Notes: a model not told the origin generated them from the letters alone. A DNA stretch of 32,000 bases from Gammaproteobacteria bacterium (GCA_047622345.1 JBLHOA010000005.1:10423-42422), one strand, 5' to 3'; counted from the stretch's first letter, positions 18,128-27,637 are shown. Translations and numbers: made by a program.

Positions 18128-19030
18128 ATGAAACACCACTTACCATCGCTGGACTCATTGAAGGTATTTGAAGCCGCGGCCCGGCATTTAAGCTTTAGCG
18201 TAGCCGCCGACGAACTCTGCTTGAGTAAAGCCGCGATCAGCTACCAGATTCGTAAACTCGAATTAAGTCTTGATGCGGCGCTGTTCCGACGCTCGGTACG
18301 CCAGGTATACCTGACCAGCGCGGGTCAGGAGTTATACCAAACCTGCCAGCAGGTATTTCGGGACCTGGGTCAAACTATCGGGCAAATCAGACCGGTCGAC
18401 GGCGCCCACGATGTGCTGATCGGGGTGACTACCTATGTCGCCTTACGTTGGCTTTCCCCGCGCATAGCCCGTTTTAACGAAGAGCAGGCCGAAGTTTCTA
18501 TTCTGCTGCAGCACTCGGTGAATAGCAGTGACTTCCGCATGCAGGATGTCGATTTCGCTATCCGCTGGGGGCCTTTAGTCGAAGAGCAGCGACGGGCCCC
18601 GTTTCATCAACTCGCCATGCCGTTATTCCCCGTATGCAGCCCGCGACTGTTACAGCGTGCAGGATTTGAATGGGGCGACCAGCGATTACCCTGTAAAGCG
18701 CTGGCGCAATCACCGCTGGCACAACTACCCTTACTCTGCGAAGACCGGCCCTTCGATCTATGGCAAGCCTGGTATGGCGAGCAGGGTCCGGCGCTCGACA
18801 ATCCCCGTCGCATCATCGCCGATGCCAACGTGCGTACCCAGGCTGCAATCGACGGTCAGGGCTGGACCATGGCCGACGCGCTGATGCAGGCCGAACTGGA
18901 CCGGGGGCAGTTATTGGCCCCCTTCAACACCCCGTTAAGTGGTTACGGCTACGCCTTTGAATCTTATCCGGGACGTTACCTGAGCAAGGCGGCAAGTCTG
19001 CTGCGCGACTGGCTGGTGGCCAGTGTTTGA
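18128..19030 (+). CDS. LysR-family transcriptional regulator (GcvA-like)
   Basis: 300 aa. The N-terminal wHTH (LPSLDSLKVFEAAARHLSFSVAADELCLSKAAISYQIRKLE) is typical of the GcvA/AmpR subgroup, and the substrate-binding domain is LysR-type. It is divergent from the catabolic operon. Confidence 0.9.
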   Translation: MKHHLPSLDSLKVFEAAARHLSFSVAADELCLSKAAISYQIRKLELSLDAALFRRSVRQVYLTSAGQELYQTCQQVFRDLGQTIGQIRPVDGAHDVLIGVTTYVALRWLSPRIARFNEEQAEVSILLQHSVNSSDFRMQDVDFAIRWGPLVEEQRRAPFHQLAMPLFPVCSPRLLQRAGFEWGDQRLPCKALAQSPLAQLPLLCEDRPFDLWQAWYGEQGPALDNPRRIIADANVRTQAAIDGQGWTMADALMQAELDRGQLLAPFNTPLSGYGYAFESYPGRYLSKAASLLRDWLVASV

Positions 19031-19072
19031 TGTGTTAATATCGGTCGCCTTAAAGCGATCAGGGAGATCAAA

Positions 19073-19882
19073 ATGCAACAAATACCGATAATTGTGTTGT
19101 CTATCTTCGCGGCCGTAAATGCGCAGGCCGACGTACAGATCGAATTCAAAAATTCGGCAAGCCAAAGCAGCAGAATCAGCAGCAACAGTCGGGTGGTGCG
19201 TATCGATGACGGGCAGTTGCCCGGCTACGTGCTAGTGAATTATGAAACTGGCGAATTCATCATGGTAGATAGTCAACGTAAACAGGCAATGACTTCATCG
19301 ATCAAGGACTCGACCGGCGCGCAGGAAAGTCCGGCGATTGCGATCAAGTTAAAAGACCTCGGTAGCGGTAGTAAAATTGCCGGCTATGCCAGTCGTCGTT
19401 ATCAGATTCTAGCCGACGGGCAGAACTGCGGGACTGTAGATGCTTCGGCAGCATTGTTCAAGCAGGAAGGCATTCGCAAACTATATGACTCGATGAACAC
19501 AATGCAACAGCAGTTGCGCCAGCGTATGGGCGGCATGGCAGGAATGCTTGACCTTTGTGCCAGAGCGAATTTACAACTGGCCGCCTCGATGCCAAAAATC
19601 GGCGCGGCCTTGCGCATCGTCGATGCAAAGGGAACTCTGCAGATGGAAGTAACCGGGGTCAAAACCGCCCTGCAATTATCGAGTCAGCTCTTTCAGGTTC
19701 CCGAGGGTATGAAAGTAGTGTCCGTCGACCAGAAAATGAAAGAAGCCGCTGCAAAGACCCAAGAAATGATAAAGACTATCGACTTCAGCGCATTGCTCAA
19801 ACAGATGCAGCAAAGCGGCGTTGAAATAACGCCAGAAATGCAAAAGCAAATGGAAGCCATAATGCCGCAGATGCAGCAATAA
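19073..19882 (+). CDS. Secreted hypothetical protein with a Met/Gln-rich C-terminal tail
   Basis: 269 aa with a signal peptide (IIVLSIFAAVNAQA/DVQ). The C-terminus reads …LLKQMQQSGVEITPEMQKQMEAIMPQMQQ. I could not assign a family with confidence. Confidence 0.65.
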   Translation: MQQIPIIVLSIFAAVNAQADVQIEFKNSASQSSRISSNSRVVRIDDGQLPGYVLVNYETGEFIMVDSQRKQAMTSSIKDSTGAQESPAIAIKLKDLGSGSKIAGYASRRYQILADGQNCGTVDASAALFKQEGIRKLYDSMNTMQQQLRQRMGGMAGMLDLCARANLQLAASMPKIGAALRIVDAKGTLQMEVTGVKTALQLSSQLFQVPEGMKVVSVDQKMKEAAAKTQEMIKTIDFSALLKQMQQSGVEITPEMQKQMEAIMPQMQQ

Positions 19883-19891
19883 CGGTTTTGC

Positions 19892-21091
19892 TCAGGCGAG
19901 GAAGTCGGGGCTAACGTCGTTAATAATTTCACCAATAGTGACCATGTCTTCAACGCTGAAGGTCAGTGGAATGCGCAGGTCGAAAGTGGTTGCCAGAATG
20001 TTCAGCGTCGCCGGCAGATGCTGTCTCGATGCGATATAACGCCAGCTGTCATAACGACTGGTAAAGCCATGGGGTTCGGCGCCGCCAAACCATTTCAATT
20101 CGACGCCGCGACCGGCGCAACTCTGAATAAAATCGTTGATTTGATCCGGCGCTAGCGCCTCGACCCGAAACTGTAACGAACTGCCGACAAAGCTTTCCTG
20201 CTCGGGTCGTTGCGAAAGCTGAATGTGATTGTTTTCAGACAAAACCTGTTCCAGCTTCCGGTAGCGTTCGTTCCAACGACCGCAATTTTCATCGAGTTGA
20301 TTTAACTGGGGCCTGAGTATCGAGGCGCGCAGATTGTCCATGCGCCCACTGTAATTCGGCGTGTCCAGTTTAATGTCGGCAAAAACATCAGCCGGAGGGG
20401 CCGTGCCATTGCGCTCAAACAGCATGTAGGAACCCGAATGGATGATTGCACGCGCGATGATCTGGGGGTCGTCGGTGGTAAGAAAGCCGCCTTCCCCCGA
20501 ATTGATGTGTTTATAGGTTTGCGTACTGAAACAGGCGACCTTGCCGAAACTACCCGACTTTTGGCCATTCCAGTAAGCGCCCATAGTATGTGCACAATCT
20601 TCAATTAGTATGACTTGATGCTTTTCACAAAGCGCGGTGACCACATCCATGTCGGCGATATGCCCGCGCATATGCGACATCATAAAAAACCGCGCGCCGC
20701 TGCTTAGCATCTGTGATTCCAGATGTTCGAGGTCAACACAGTAGTTTGCGTCGATCTCAACCAGTACTGGTTTACCCCCCGCGTTATCGATTGCACCGGG
20801 AACAGGGGCCAGAGTAAATGCATTCGTTAATACCTGGTCGCCGGGCTTAATGCCGACCGCCTTCAGCGCAATATGCAGAGCATAGCCGCCGGAGGCGCAG
20901 GCCAGGCAATGGGCTTGCTGCATGTAGTCGGCGAACTCCTGTTCGAGTAAGGCGGCTTCCGATGTTTCCCCTTCGACGACGTTGTAGCGATGCAGCCGAC
21001 CCGAGCGCAATACTTCAACGGCGCGTTCTATGCCCACTTCAGGAATCGATTCCTGCTGGGTAAATGGTTTTTTGAAAATAGTTTTAGCCAT
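19892..21091 (-). CDS. DegT/DnrJ/EryC1/StrS-family PLP-dependent aminotransferase
   Basis: 399 aa with family motifs (…ASGGYALHIALKA…GDQVLTNAFTLAPVPGAI, LIEDCAHTMGA, FSTQTYKHINSGEGGFL containing the PLP lysine). Confidence 0.88.
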   Translation of the reverse strand: MAKTIFKKPFTQQESIPEVGIERAVEVLRSGRLHRYNVVEGETSEAALLEQEFADYMQQAHCLACASGGYALHIALKAVGIKPGDQVLTNAFTLAPVPGAIDNAGGKPVLVEIDANYCVDLEHLESQMLSSGARFFMMSHMRGHIADMDVVTALCEKHQVILIEDCAHTMGAYWNGQKSGSFGKVACFSTQTYKHINSGEGGFLTTDDPQIIARAIIHSGSYMLFERNGTAPPADVFADIKLDTPNYSGRMDNLRASILRPQLNQLDENCGRWNERYRKLEQVLSENNHIQLSQRPEQESFVGSSLQFRVEALAPDQINDFIQSCAGRGVELKWFGGAEPHGFTSRYDSWRYIASRQHLPATLNILATTFDLRIPLTFSVEDMVTIGEIINDVSPDFLA

Positions 21092-21211
21092 ATTTGAAAA
21101 CTCGATAACACCGTTGTCAATGCGTTCCGCGCTACTCCCTCATTCCGGCCTGAGCGGGCCGCGTAGGTCCGGAATCTAACACAAACTATGCCTCTCTGGA
21201 TCCCGGATCAA

Positions 21212-21316
21212 GTCCGGGATGACTTTATGTATGTCCGGGATGACCTTTTGTATGCCCGGGTTGACGTTCAGTACACCCGGGATGACGATGACTAAGCCCG
21301 GGATGCCAGTTAATAC
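21212..21316. repeat. Five tandem 21-bp direct repeats, consensus GYCCGGGATGAC-N5-GTAY
   Basis: The units as read are gtccgggatgactttatgtat, gtccgggatgaccttttgtat, gcccgggttgacgttcagtac, acccgggatgacgatgactaa and gcccgggatgccagttaatac. A degenerate sixth copy (tcccggatcaa) lies at ~21200-21211. The array fills the gap between the HisD-like stop and the DegT-like start. Confidence 0.9.
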
Positions 21317-22620
21317 TAATAATGCTTTTGATCGTAGACTTCGAAATCCCATTCCTGATCGGGAAAATACCGGCGCAGTCGCCAGTCGCAGGCGCGCGCA
21401 TGTCCTTCCATGCCTTCGATCCGGGAAATGCGTGAGCCGACCGCGCTGAACACTTCGTTGGCCGCTTCGTCGATCTGCTGATAGGTGAGAACCTTCATGA
21501 ATTTCTGTACATTCAAACCACCACTGTAACGCCCGGCGCGTTTGGTTGGCAGAATGTGATTGGTACCCGAGCACTTGTCACCGTGGGTAACGGTACTGCC
21601 TTCACCCAGAAAAAGTGACCCGTAATTATTCAAATGCTGCTTCCACCATTCGAGATCGGCGGCCATCACCTGCAAATGCTCACTCGCGTACTGGTCGCTG
21701 ACCGTAACCACTTCTTCGCGACTGTCGCAGACAATGATTTCCCCATAGTCGTTCCAGGCTTGATTGACGACATCGGCATTAGGCATATCGTTAGCCACTT
21801 TGGGCATCAGTTCGGCTACTTCTTCGGCAAGCGCCTGTGACGTGGTAAATAACCAGACCGGTGAATTAATGCCGTGCTCAGCCTGCGAGGTCAAGTCCAC
21901 CGCGATGGTCATCGCATCGGCGCTGTCGTCGGCAATAATCGCCGATTCGGTAGGTCCGGCGAAAACGTCGATACCGACCTGGCCAAACAATACCCGCTTG
22001 GCTTCGGCGACATAGGCGTTGCCGGGACCAACAATAATATCGGCAGGGTGACCGGTGAACAGGCCATTCGCCATCGAGGCGACGGCATGCACGCCGCCCA
22101 TCTCAAGAATCATATCGGCACCCGCCAGGTCCATCGCGTAGCAAACCGCGGCGTCGATCGAATCACCCCGGGGTGGTGAAGCTGCAACGACAAAATCTAC
22201 CCCCGCGGCTTTGGCCGTGGCCACGCTCATGATCGCCGACGCGGCATGTGCGTAACGGCCACCGGGAACATAGCAGCCGGCAGATTGCACGGGCAGAACG
22301 CGCTGCCCCAGCTTAACACCGGGGTGGGTTTCCACTTCGAAGGATTGCATGCTGTCGCGCTGCGCTTCGGCAAAACGATAAACCTGTTCGTAGGCAAATT
22401 TGATATCGTCCTTCACCCGCTCGGGAACCGAGTCGATCAACTGCTTTCGTTTTGCGTCGCTGAGGACAAAGTCGCCATCCCAGTTGTCGAATTTTTTCGC
22501 CATGTCACGCACTGCTGCTTCGCCGCGCTCGCTGATATCCTGTAGCATGGATTCGACCGCTACACGTACTTCACGGTCGGAATCTTCGGGGGATAAGCCC
22601 GGTTTCTTCAGCTTTAACAT
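21316..22620 (-). CDS. Histidinol dehydrogenase-family NAD-dependent 4-electron dehydrogenase (paralog, substrate unknown)
   Basis: 434 aa with HisD motifs conserved (CYVPGGRYAHAASAIM, SQAEHG, ASEHLQV, FLGEGSTVTHGDKCSGTNHILPT, EGMEGHA). There are no neighbouring his genes, so it is probably not the biosynthetic hisD. Confidence 0.88.
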   Translation of the reverse strand: MLKLKKPGLSPEDSDREVRVAVESMLQDISERGEAAVRDMAKKFDNWDGDFVLSDAKRKQLIDSVPERVKDDIKFAYEQVYRFAEAQRDSMQSFEVETHPGVKLGQRVLPVQSAGCYVPGGRYAHAASAIMSVATAKAAGVDFVVAASPPRGDSIDAAVCYAMDLAGADMILEMGGVHAVASMANGLFTGHPADIIVGPGNAYVAEAKRVLFGQVGIDVFAGPTESAIIADDSADAMTIAVDLTSQAEHGINSPVWLFTTSQALAEEVAELMPKVANDMPNADVVNQAWNDYGEIIVCDSREEVVTVSDQYASEHLQVMAADLEWWKQHLNNYGSLFLGEGSTVTHGDKCSGTNHILPTKRAGRYSGGLNVQKFMKVLTYQQIDEAANEVFSAVGSRISRIEGMEGHARACDWRLRRYFPDQEWDFEVYDQKHY

Positions 22621-22631
22621 GAGAGCCTCTT

Positions 22632-23645
22632 TTAAATGTAACCCGGCAGGCCGAAAACCTGTGGATAGCCAAACAGCGAAACACTACCACCGGTGTGCAG
22701 GAAGACGACGTTTTCTCCCTTCTTGAAGTGTCCCTTGCGGATCAAATCGATCAAACCTGAAAAGCCTTTGCCCGAGTAAACCGGATCGAGCAGGATGCCT
22801 TCGTATTGCGCTAGCATTTTCACCGCTTCGACCATGGCATCGGTGGGCAGGCCGTAACCGTCACCGACATAGTCGCTGTTGGCGACCACTTTTTCGCGAG
22901 CGACGATATCCGGGTTCAAGCCCATGAAGTCAGCGGTGCGTTGCGCCAGCGCGTAAACCATTTCTTCCTGCTTTTGCTTCGGTGCGCGAACGCCAACGCC
23001 GTAAACCGGGATGCCGCTATTCATGCCTTCCATACCGAGAACCAGTCCGGCCTGAGTACCTGAGCTGCCCGTTGCATGGACGAGGTGATCGATGCGCAAC
23101 GAGCGATCATTCGCCTGCGTGGTTAATTCGATGGCAGCATTGACGTATCCGAGCGCACCGATTTCATTCGAGCCACCACCGGGAATGATGTAGGGCTTTT
23201 TACCATCGTCGCGCAATTGCTGAGCCAGTTCTTCCATCGCCACATTCATATCAGTATTCGCAGGACGACTGGAAATGGTCGCACCATGCAATTGGTCGAG
23301 CAGGACATTGCCGTTGTAAACGTAGGCTTCGTCTTCGTAGCCGGTGCGATCTTCGAGCAGAATGTGGCATTCCATGCCCAGTTTGGCGGCGATGGCCGTC
23401 GTCTGACGGGCATGATTCGACTGGGTTGCCCCCTGGGTGATGATGGTGTCGGCTTTACGTTCCACTGCATCGGCCATGATGAATTCGAGTTTGCGCGTCT
23501 TGTTGCCGCCCGAAGACAGCCCGGTGCAATCGTCGCGTTTAATCCACAGGTTGGGTCCACCCAGTGTCTCGGAAATGCGGGTCATCGGTTCCAATGCGGT
23601 AGGAAGATGGGCGAAATGTAAACGAGGGTAACGTGAAAGGTGCAT
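22632..23645 (-). CDS. PLP-dependent D-cysteine desulfhydrase / ACC deaminase-family enzyme
   Basis: About 337 aa counted from MHLSRYPR. Motifs include [22 protein letters not shown] (PLP lysine), [25 protein letters not shown] and LDPVYSGK. I prefer the start at 23645, because the 85-codon upstream extension in the ORF track overlaps the divergent gene start and has an implausible composition. Confidence 0.88.
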   Translation of the reverse strand: MHLSRYPRLHFAHLPTALEPMTRISETLGGPNLWIKRDDCTGLSSGGNKTRKLEFIMADAVERKADTIITQGATQSNHARQTTAIAAKLGMECHILLEDRTGYEDEAYVYNGNVLLDQLHGATISSRPANTDMNVAMEELAQQLRDDGKKPYIIPGGGSNEIGALGYVNAAIELTTQANDRSLRIDHLVHATGSSGTQAGLVLGMEGMNSGIPVYGVGVRAPKQKQEEMVYALAQRTADFMGLNPDIVAREKVVANSDYVGDGYGLPTDAMVEAVKMLAQYEGILLDPVYSGKGFSGLIDLIRKGHFKKGENVVFLHTGGSVSLFGYPQVFGLPGYI

Positions 23646-23841
23646 GTATGGTTCCAAAATTATTTTAAGGCATGATTGCACAGTAAATCGGGCAGATAAA
23701 ATGCTATTAACGTAGAACAAAGTTAAATAATCGCATAATGATCGGGAATCAGGTCGCGAGATTGTATCGGCATCACCGCTGAAATAATAATTAAACCAGT
23801 TATACTCGCGATCTGACTTCACCCGATAGAAGACCTCGACT

Positions 23842-24741
23842 ATGGATCTGCTGTTTCGCAATCGCCTGCTCGCCATTCTGGCACCGGTATTCTGGAGCAT
23901 TACCGGGCTGGTGGTGCGGCTGCTCGAAGAGGCCGACGAATGGCAGGTTAATTTCTACCGGTCATCGTCGCTGGCGCTGTTTCTGCTCGTCTATCTCGGG
24001 TTCCGGTACCGTGGGCAAACGCTTGCAGTCATCCGTGCGTCGGGTACTAAAGCCGTTCTGGGCGGGGTTTGTATCGGCATTGCCATGTTCTGCAATATGA
24101 TTGCGATGCAACACACCACTATTGCTAACGCGACCATGGTGATGGCTATCGGGCCAATTATCGCTGCTTTGTTTGGCTGGGTTTTGCTCGGTGAGGCGGT
24201 ATCAAAAATGACTGGGTTGGCCATTGTCATGGCGGGCGTCGGCTTGACCATTATGGTGGGTGGTAATCCCATCGACGGAAGCCTGTTTGGCGACTTGATT
24301 GCTTTGTTCGGCATGTGCGGTTTCGGTCTTTACGCGGTGGTGCTGCGCCATGGTAAGGCCGTCGACATGACGCCAGCGGTGCTCTGGGCGGGAATATTTT
24401 CCGCGCTCCCGGCGGCATTCGTTGCGCTGGTATTCGGCAACGGGCTGGTGCTTCCGCTCGAAGAAGTCGCGATGTGTGTCGGCCTTGGAGTGTTCCAGCT
24501 GGGTATCGGCAGCATTTTATTTGCCATCGCATCGGCGACCGTACCGGCAGTCGAATTGACCCTGTTTGCATTGGGCGAACCATTACTGGCGCCGATCTGG
24601 GTGTGGCTGGCGGTCAACGAAGTACCGTCAACTAGCAGTTTTATCGGGGCAGGAATTTTGTTGATGGCATTGGTAACGCATCTTTTTTTCAATCGCAGGG
24701 TTCCCGCCAGACCTGACAGGGTTGTGATTGAGGCTCCCTAA
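23842..24741 (+). CDS. DMT-superfamily (EamA-like) transporter
   Basis: 299 aa, highly hydrophobic, with about 10 TM helices in a two-repeat EamA architecture. It is divergent from the three-gene cluster. Confidence 0.85.
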   Translation: MDLLFRNRLLAILAPVFWSITGLVVRLLEEADEWQVNFYRSSSLALFLLVYLGFRYRGQTLAVIRASGTKAVLGGVCIGIAMFCNMIAMQHTTIANATMVMAIGPIIAALFGWVLLGEAVSKMTGLAIVMAGVGLTIMVGGNPIDGSLFGDLIALFGMCGFGLYAVVLRHGKAVDMTPAVLWAGIFSALPAAFVALVFGNGLVLPLEEVAMCVGLGVFQLGIGSILFAIASATVPAVELTLFALGEPLLAPIWVWLAVNEVPSTSSFIGAGILLMALVTHLFFNRRVPARPDRVVIEAP

Positions 24742-24810
24742 TCCATTAATGACTGGCTTATCGATCCGTCCGGGGTGGCTGCTGCAAAGTCAGCCAAAAA
24801 CAATACTGAT

Positions 24811-27180
24811 ATGACCCCTGCCTTTTTACTTACCCGACAGTGGCAGGATACGCGCGAAGGGATTCGCCTCGACTTCTGGTTTTCCAGCGCGCAGGGACCG
24901 TTGCAGGTTTCCATCGAAGCGCAGCAGGCGGTTTTTTTCGTTCGCGAATCCGACCTGCCCGCCTTCACCGAGCAGTATAAAAACCGATCGGTCTCCGGAC
25001 CGGCATCGAACACACGATTGCTGGAATTGAAAACCTTTTTGGGAGAGCCCGTCCATGCGGTTTATTTCAACTCTCAGCAGCAGTTTTACCGTGTCCGCGA
25101 CCGCCTGACACAGGCGGGCATCGCCTGCTATGAGTCGGATATTCGACCCGCCGAACGTTTTCTGTGCGAACGTTTTATAACCGCGTCGGTTGATATTGGC
25201 GCAGACTACTCGAGCGCGCCGATGCGCAATGTAAAACTGAGCCCCGGTAGCTACACCCCGACATTTGAAATCATGTCGCTGGACATCGAATCGGATTATC
25301 AAACCGATGCGCTATTCTCGATTGCCTTTGTCACCTCGACCGAAGCGCGGGTGTTAATGATAGGCAAGGGTGAAAACAGCGCAGATATCGAATACCTGGA
25401 GAATGAGCAAGCGCTGCTGCGGCGTTTTATCGAGTGGGTGGAGAAGAGCGACCCGGATTTGTTGATCGGCTGGAATGTGATCAACTTCGACATGAATCTA
25501 CTGCAGAAAAAAGCCAATCAGTTTTCGATTCCGTTTGCCATCGGGCGTAATCACGCGGTTCCGGTATGGCGGAAATCGCAGCTTGATAGCAATCAGCAAT
25601 TTATTCTGATTCCCGGACGCGTTGTTCTCGATGGCATCGATACCTTGAAATCGGCAACCTACAACTTTCCCAGCTTCGCCCTTGAATCGGTCGCGCGCGA
25701 ACTACTCGGGCGGGGCAAGCTCATCGAGGGTTCGTATAATTCTGACCCCTTATACAAGGCTAAGGAGATCAAGCGTCAGTTTGAAACGGAGAAGGAAACC
25801 CTGGCGGCCTATAACCTGGAAGACTGCCAGCTGGTCTGGGAAATTTTTGAGCATTGCGACCTGGTTAATTTTGCCATCGAACGATCGCGCCTCACCGGGT
25901 TGGAAATGGACCGTATTGGAGGTTCGGTGGCCGCTTTCGATAATCTCTATCTGCCGCGCCTGCACCGCAAGGGATATATCGCGCCGAACATTGGCGATTA
26001 TCAGGGTGAACTGAGCGCCCCCGGCGGCTATGTGATGGATTCGCGCCCCGGCTTGCACGATTCGGTACTGGTGCTCGATTACAAAAGTCTGTATCCGAGT
26101 ATTATCCGTACTTTTCGTATCGACCCCTATGCGCGCATTGCCGCGCAAAAGGCATCACCCGACGAAATCGTGCCCGGCTACGATGGCGCCAGTTTCCATA
26201 AAACCGAGCATATTCTACCGACGATTATTGAAAACCTCTGGGCTGCCCGGGATCAGGCCAAACAGGATAAAAATGCGGCTTTGTCGCAGGCCATAAAAAT
26301 CATCATGAACTCGTTTTACGGGGTGCTTGGTACCCCCGGTTGTCGAGTGCACGATTCACGCCTGACCAGCTCGATCACCAAACGCGGTCATGATCTCATC
26401 ATCCAGACGGTTAAGCTCATCGAGGAGGCCGGTTACGAAGTCATTTACGGCGACACCGACTCGGTGTTTGTCGCCCTGGGGAAATCGCAAAGCAATGCGA
26501 TCGCAGCGAAGATAGGCAATGAACTGGTAGCGCGCGTTAATCAATACTGGCAGGCGACGCTTGCTGAACAATACGGCATCGAGTCCTGTCTGGAAATGGA
26601 ATTTGAAACCCATTTCAAGCAATTCTTTATGCCGACCATGCGCGGTTCCGACCAGGGCAGTAAAAAGCGTTACGCCGGCCTGGTTGATGATGAAAACGGT
26701 AGCCGTAAAATTATCTACAAGGGTTTAGAGACAGTGCGTACCGACTGGACTGAGCTGGCTCGACAATTCCAGCAAACACTGTATCGGTTGATTTTTGATG
26801 GCGAGGAATACCAGCAATACATAAAGGAAATCGTCAATCAACTGAATAACGGCGACTGGGATGAAATGCTGGTTTATCGCAAAAGATTGCGTAAAAAACT
26901 ATCTGAGTACGAGAAAAATATTCCACCGCATGCACAGGCGGCTATCAAGGCCGAGCAACAATTCAAGCAACGCGGCGAGCCGTCTCGCTATCGCAACAAA
27001 AGCTGGATTGAGTATGTCATTACTTCGGTCGGCGCCGAAACCAGGGAATGTCAGACTGGGCGACTTGACTACGAGCATTACCTCGAAAAACAACTAACCC
27101 CGATTGCCGACACTATTCTGACCGCGGTGGGTTCATCGATGGATATGATCACCCAGCAACAGCGGGACATGTTTCAATAA
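24811..27180 (+). CDS. polB: DNA polymerase II (family B)
   Basis: Collinear with E. coli Pol II. The N-terminus MTPAFLLTRQWQDT…GPLQV matches E. coli GFILTRHWRDT…GPLQV. Also present are the exo motif SLDIES, LDYKSLYPSII, NSFYGVLG, YGDTDS and KKRYAG. I prefer ATG 24811 over the GTG at 24775. Confidence 0.93.
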   Translation: MTPAFLLTRQWQDTREGIRLDFWFSSAQGPLQVSIEAQQAVFFVRESDLPAFTEQYKNRSVSGPASNTRLLELKTFLGEPVHAVYFNSQQQFYRVRDRLTQAGIACYESDIRPAERFLCERFITASVDIGADYSSAPMRNVKLSPGSYTPTFEIMSLDIESDYQTDALFSIAFVTSTEARVLMIGKGENSADIEYLENEQALLRRFIEWVEKSDPDLLIGWNVINFDMNLLQKKANQFSIPFAIGRNHAVPVWRKSQLDSNQQFILIPGRVVLDGIDTLKSATYNFPSFALESVARELLGRGKLIEGSYNSDPLYKAKEIKRQFETEKETLAAYNLEDCQLVWEIFEHCDLVNFAIERSRLTGLEMDRIGGSVAAFDNLYLPRLHRKGYIAPNIGDYQGELSAPGGYVMDSRPGLHDSVLVLDYKSLYPSIIRTFRIDPYARIAAQKASPDEIVPGYDGASFHKTEHILPTIIENLWAARDQAKQDKNAALSQAIKIIMNSFYGVLGTPGCRVHDSRLTSSITKRGHDLIIQTVKLIEEAGYEVIYGDTDSVFVALGKSQSNAIAAKIGNELVARVNQYWQATLAEQYGIESCLEMEFETHFKQFFMPTMRGSDQGSKKRYAGLVDDENGSRKIIYKGLETVRTDWTELARQFQQTLYRLIFDGEEYQQYIKEIVNQLNNGDWDEMLVYRKRLRKKLSEYEKNIPPHAQAAIKAEQQFKQRGEPSRYRNKSWIEYVITSVGAETRECQTGRLDYEHYLEKQLTPIADTILTAVGSSMDMITQQQRDMFQ

Positions 27181-27223
27181 AAAAAGGGTCATAGACCAAT
27201 ATATCTATCAGATCTTTTAGCCT

Positions 27224-27637
27224 TTATGTGCCCGGCAGTTCATCGTGTTTCGGCAGGTCATCAACTTCCTCGCGCCAGACCGCGCGCGAACCCCAGAATA
27301 TATTCTGCTTTGGCCGGATGCCGGGATCCTGGTCGAGAGTTCCTGCGGGGATAACCACCGAGTGCCCGCTCTTTGCCATCCACGGCAGGGAAGACCCGCA
27401 GACTTTGCAAAAGCAAGTCGCAAAATGGACCACGTCGGGTTGTTCAAAGCGGCCTACCAGTTCTTCACCGCTAAGCCACTTAAATTGCTTAGGGTCGACG
27501 ATGATATTTGCCGCATGCGCGCTACCGGTAAATTTCCGACAACGCGAGCAATGGCAATATTGAAAAACAAATTCGGGCCCAACGTATTCGTATTTGACTG
27601 CCTGGCACAGACAGCTGCCAGTGATGGGTTCGCTCAT
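27224..27637 (-). CDS. GFA-family (glutathione-dependent formaldehyde-activating / CENP-V-like) zinc protein
   Basis: 137 aa with the typical Cys pattern (GSCLCQAVKY…CHCSRCRK…CKVCGS). Confidence 0.82.
   Translation of the reverse strand: MSEPITGSCLCQAVKYEYVGPEFVFQYCHCSRCRKFTGSAHAANIIVDPKQFKWLSGEELVGRFEQPDVVHFATCFCKVCGSSLPWMAKSGHSVVIPAGTLDQDPGIRPKQNIFWGSRAVWREEVDDLPKHDELPGT

Noticed and set aside
21176-21574. ORFs 21176-21574 (-) and 21219-21449 (+), with heptad-like peptide repeats (IPG…/PGMT…)
   Set aside because: The periodic peptides are a translation artefact of the 21-bp DNA repeats. Both ORFs run antisense to or overlap the well-supported HisD-like gene.
23646-23900. 85-codon N-terminal extension of the DcyD-like ORF (track start 23900)
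   Set aside because: The extension has an implausible composition (YNWFNYYF…) and overlaps the divergent EamA gene start. Homology to the family begins at MHLSRYPR (23645).
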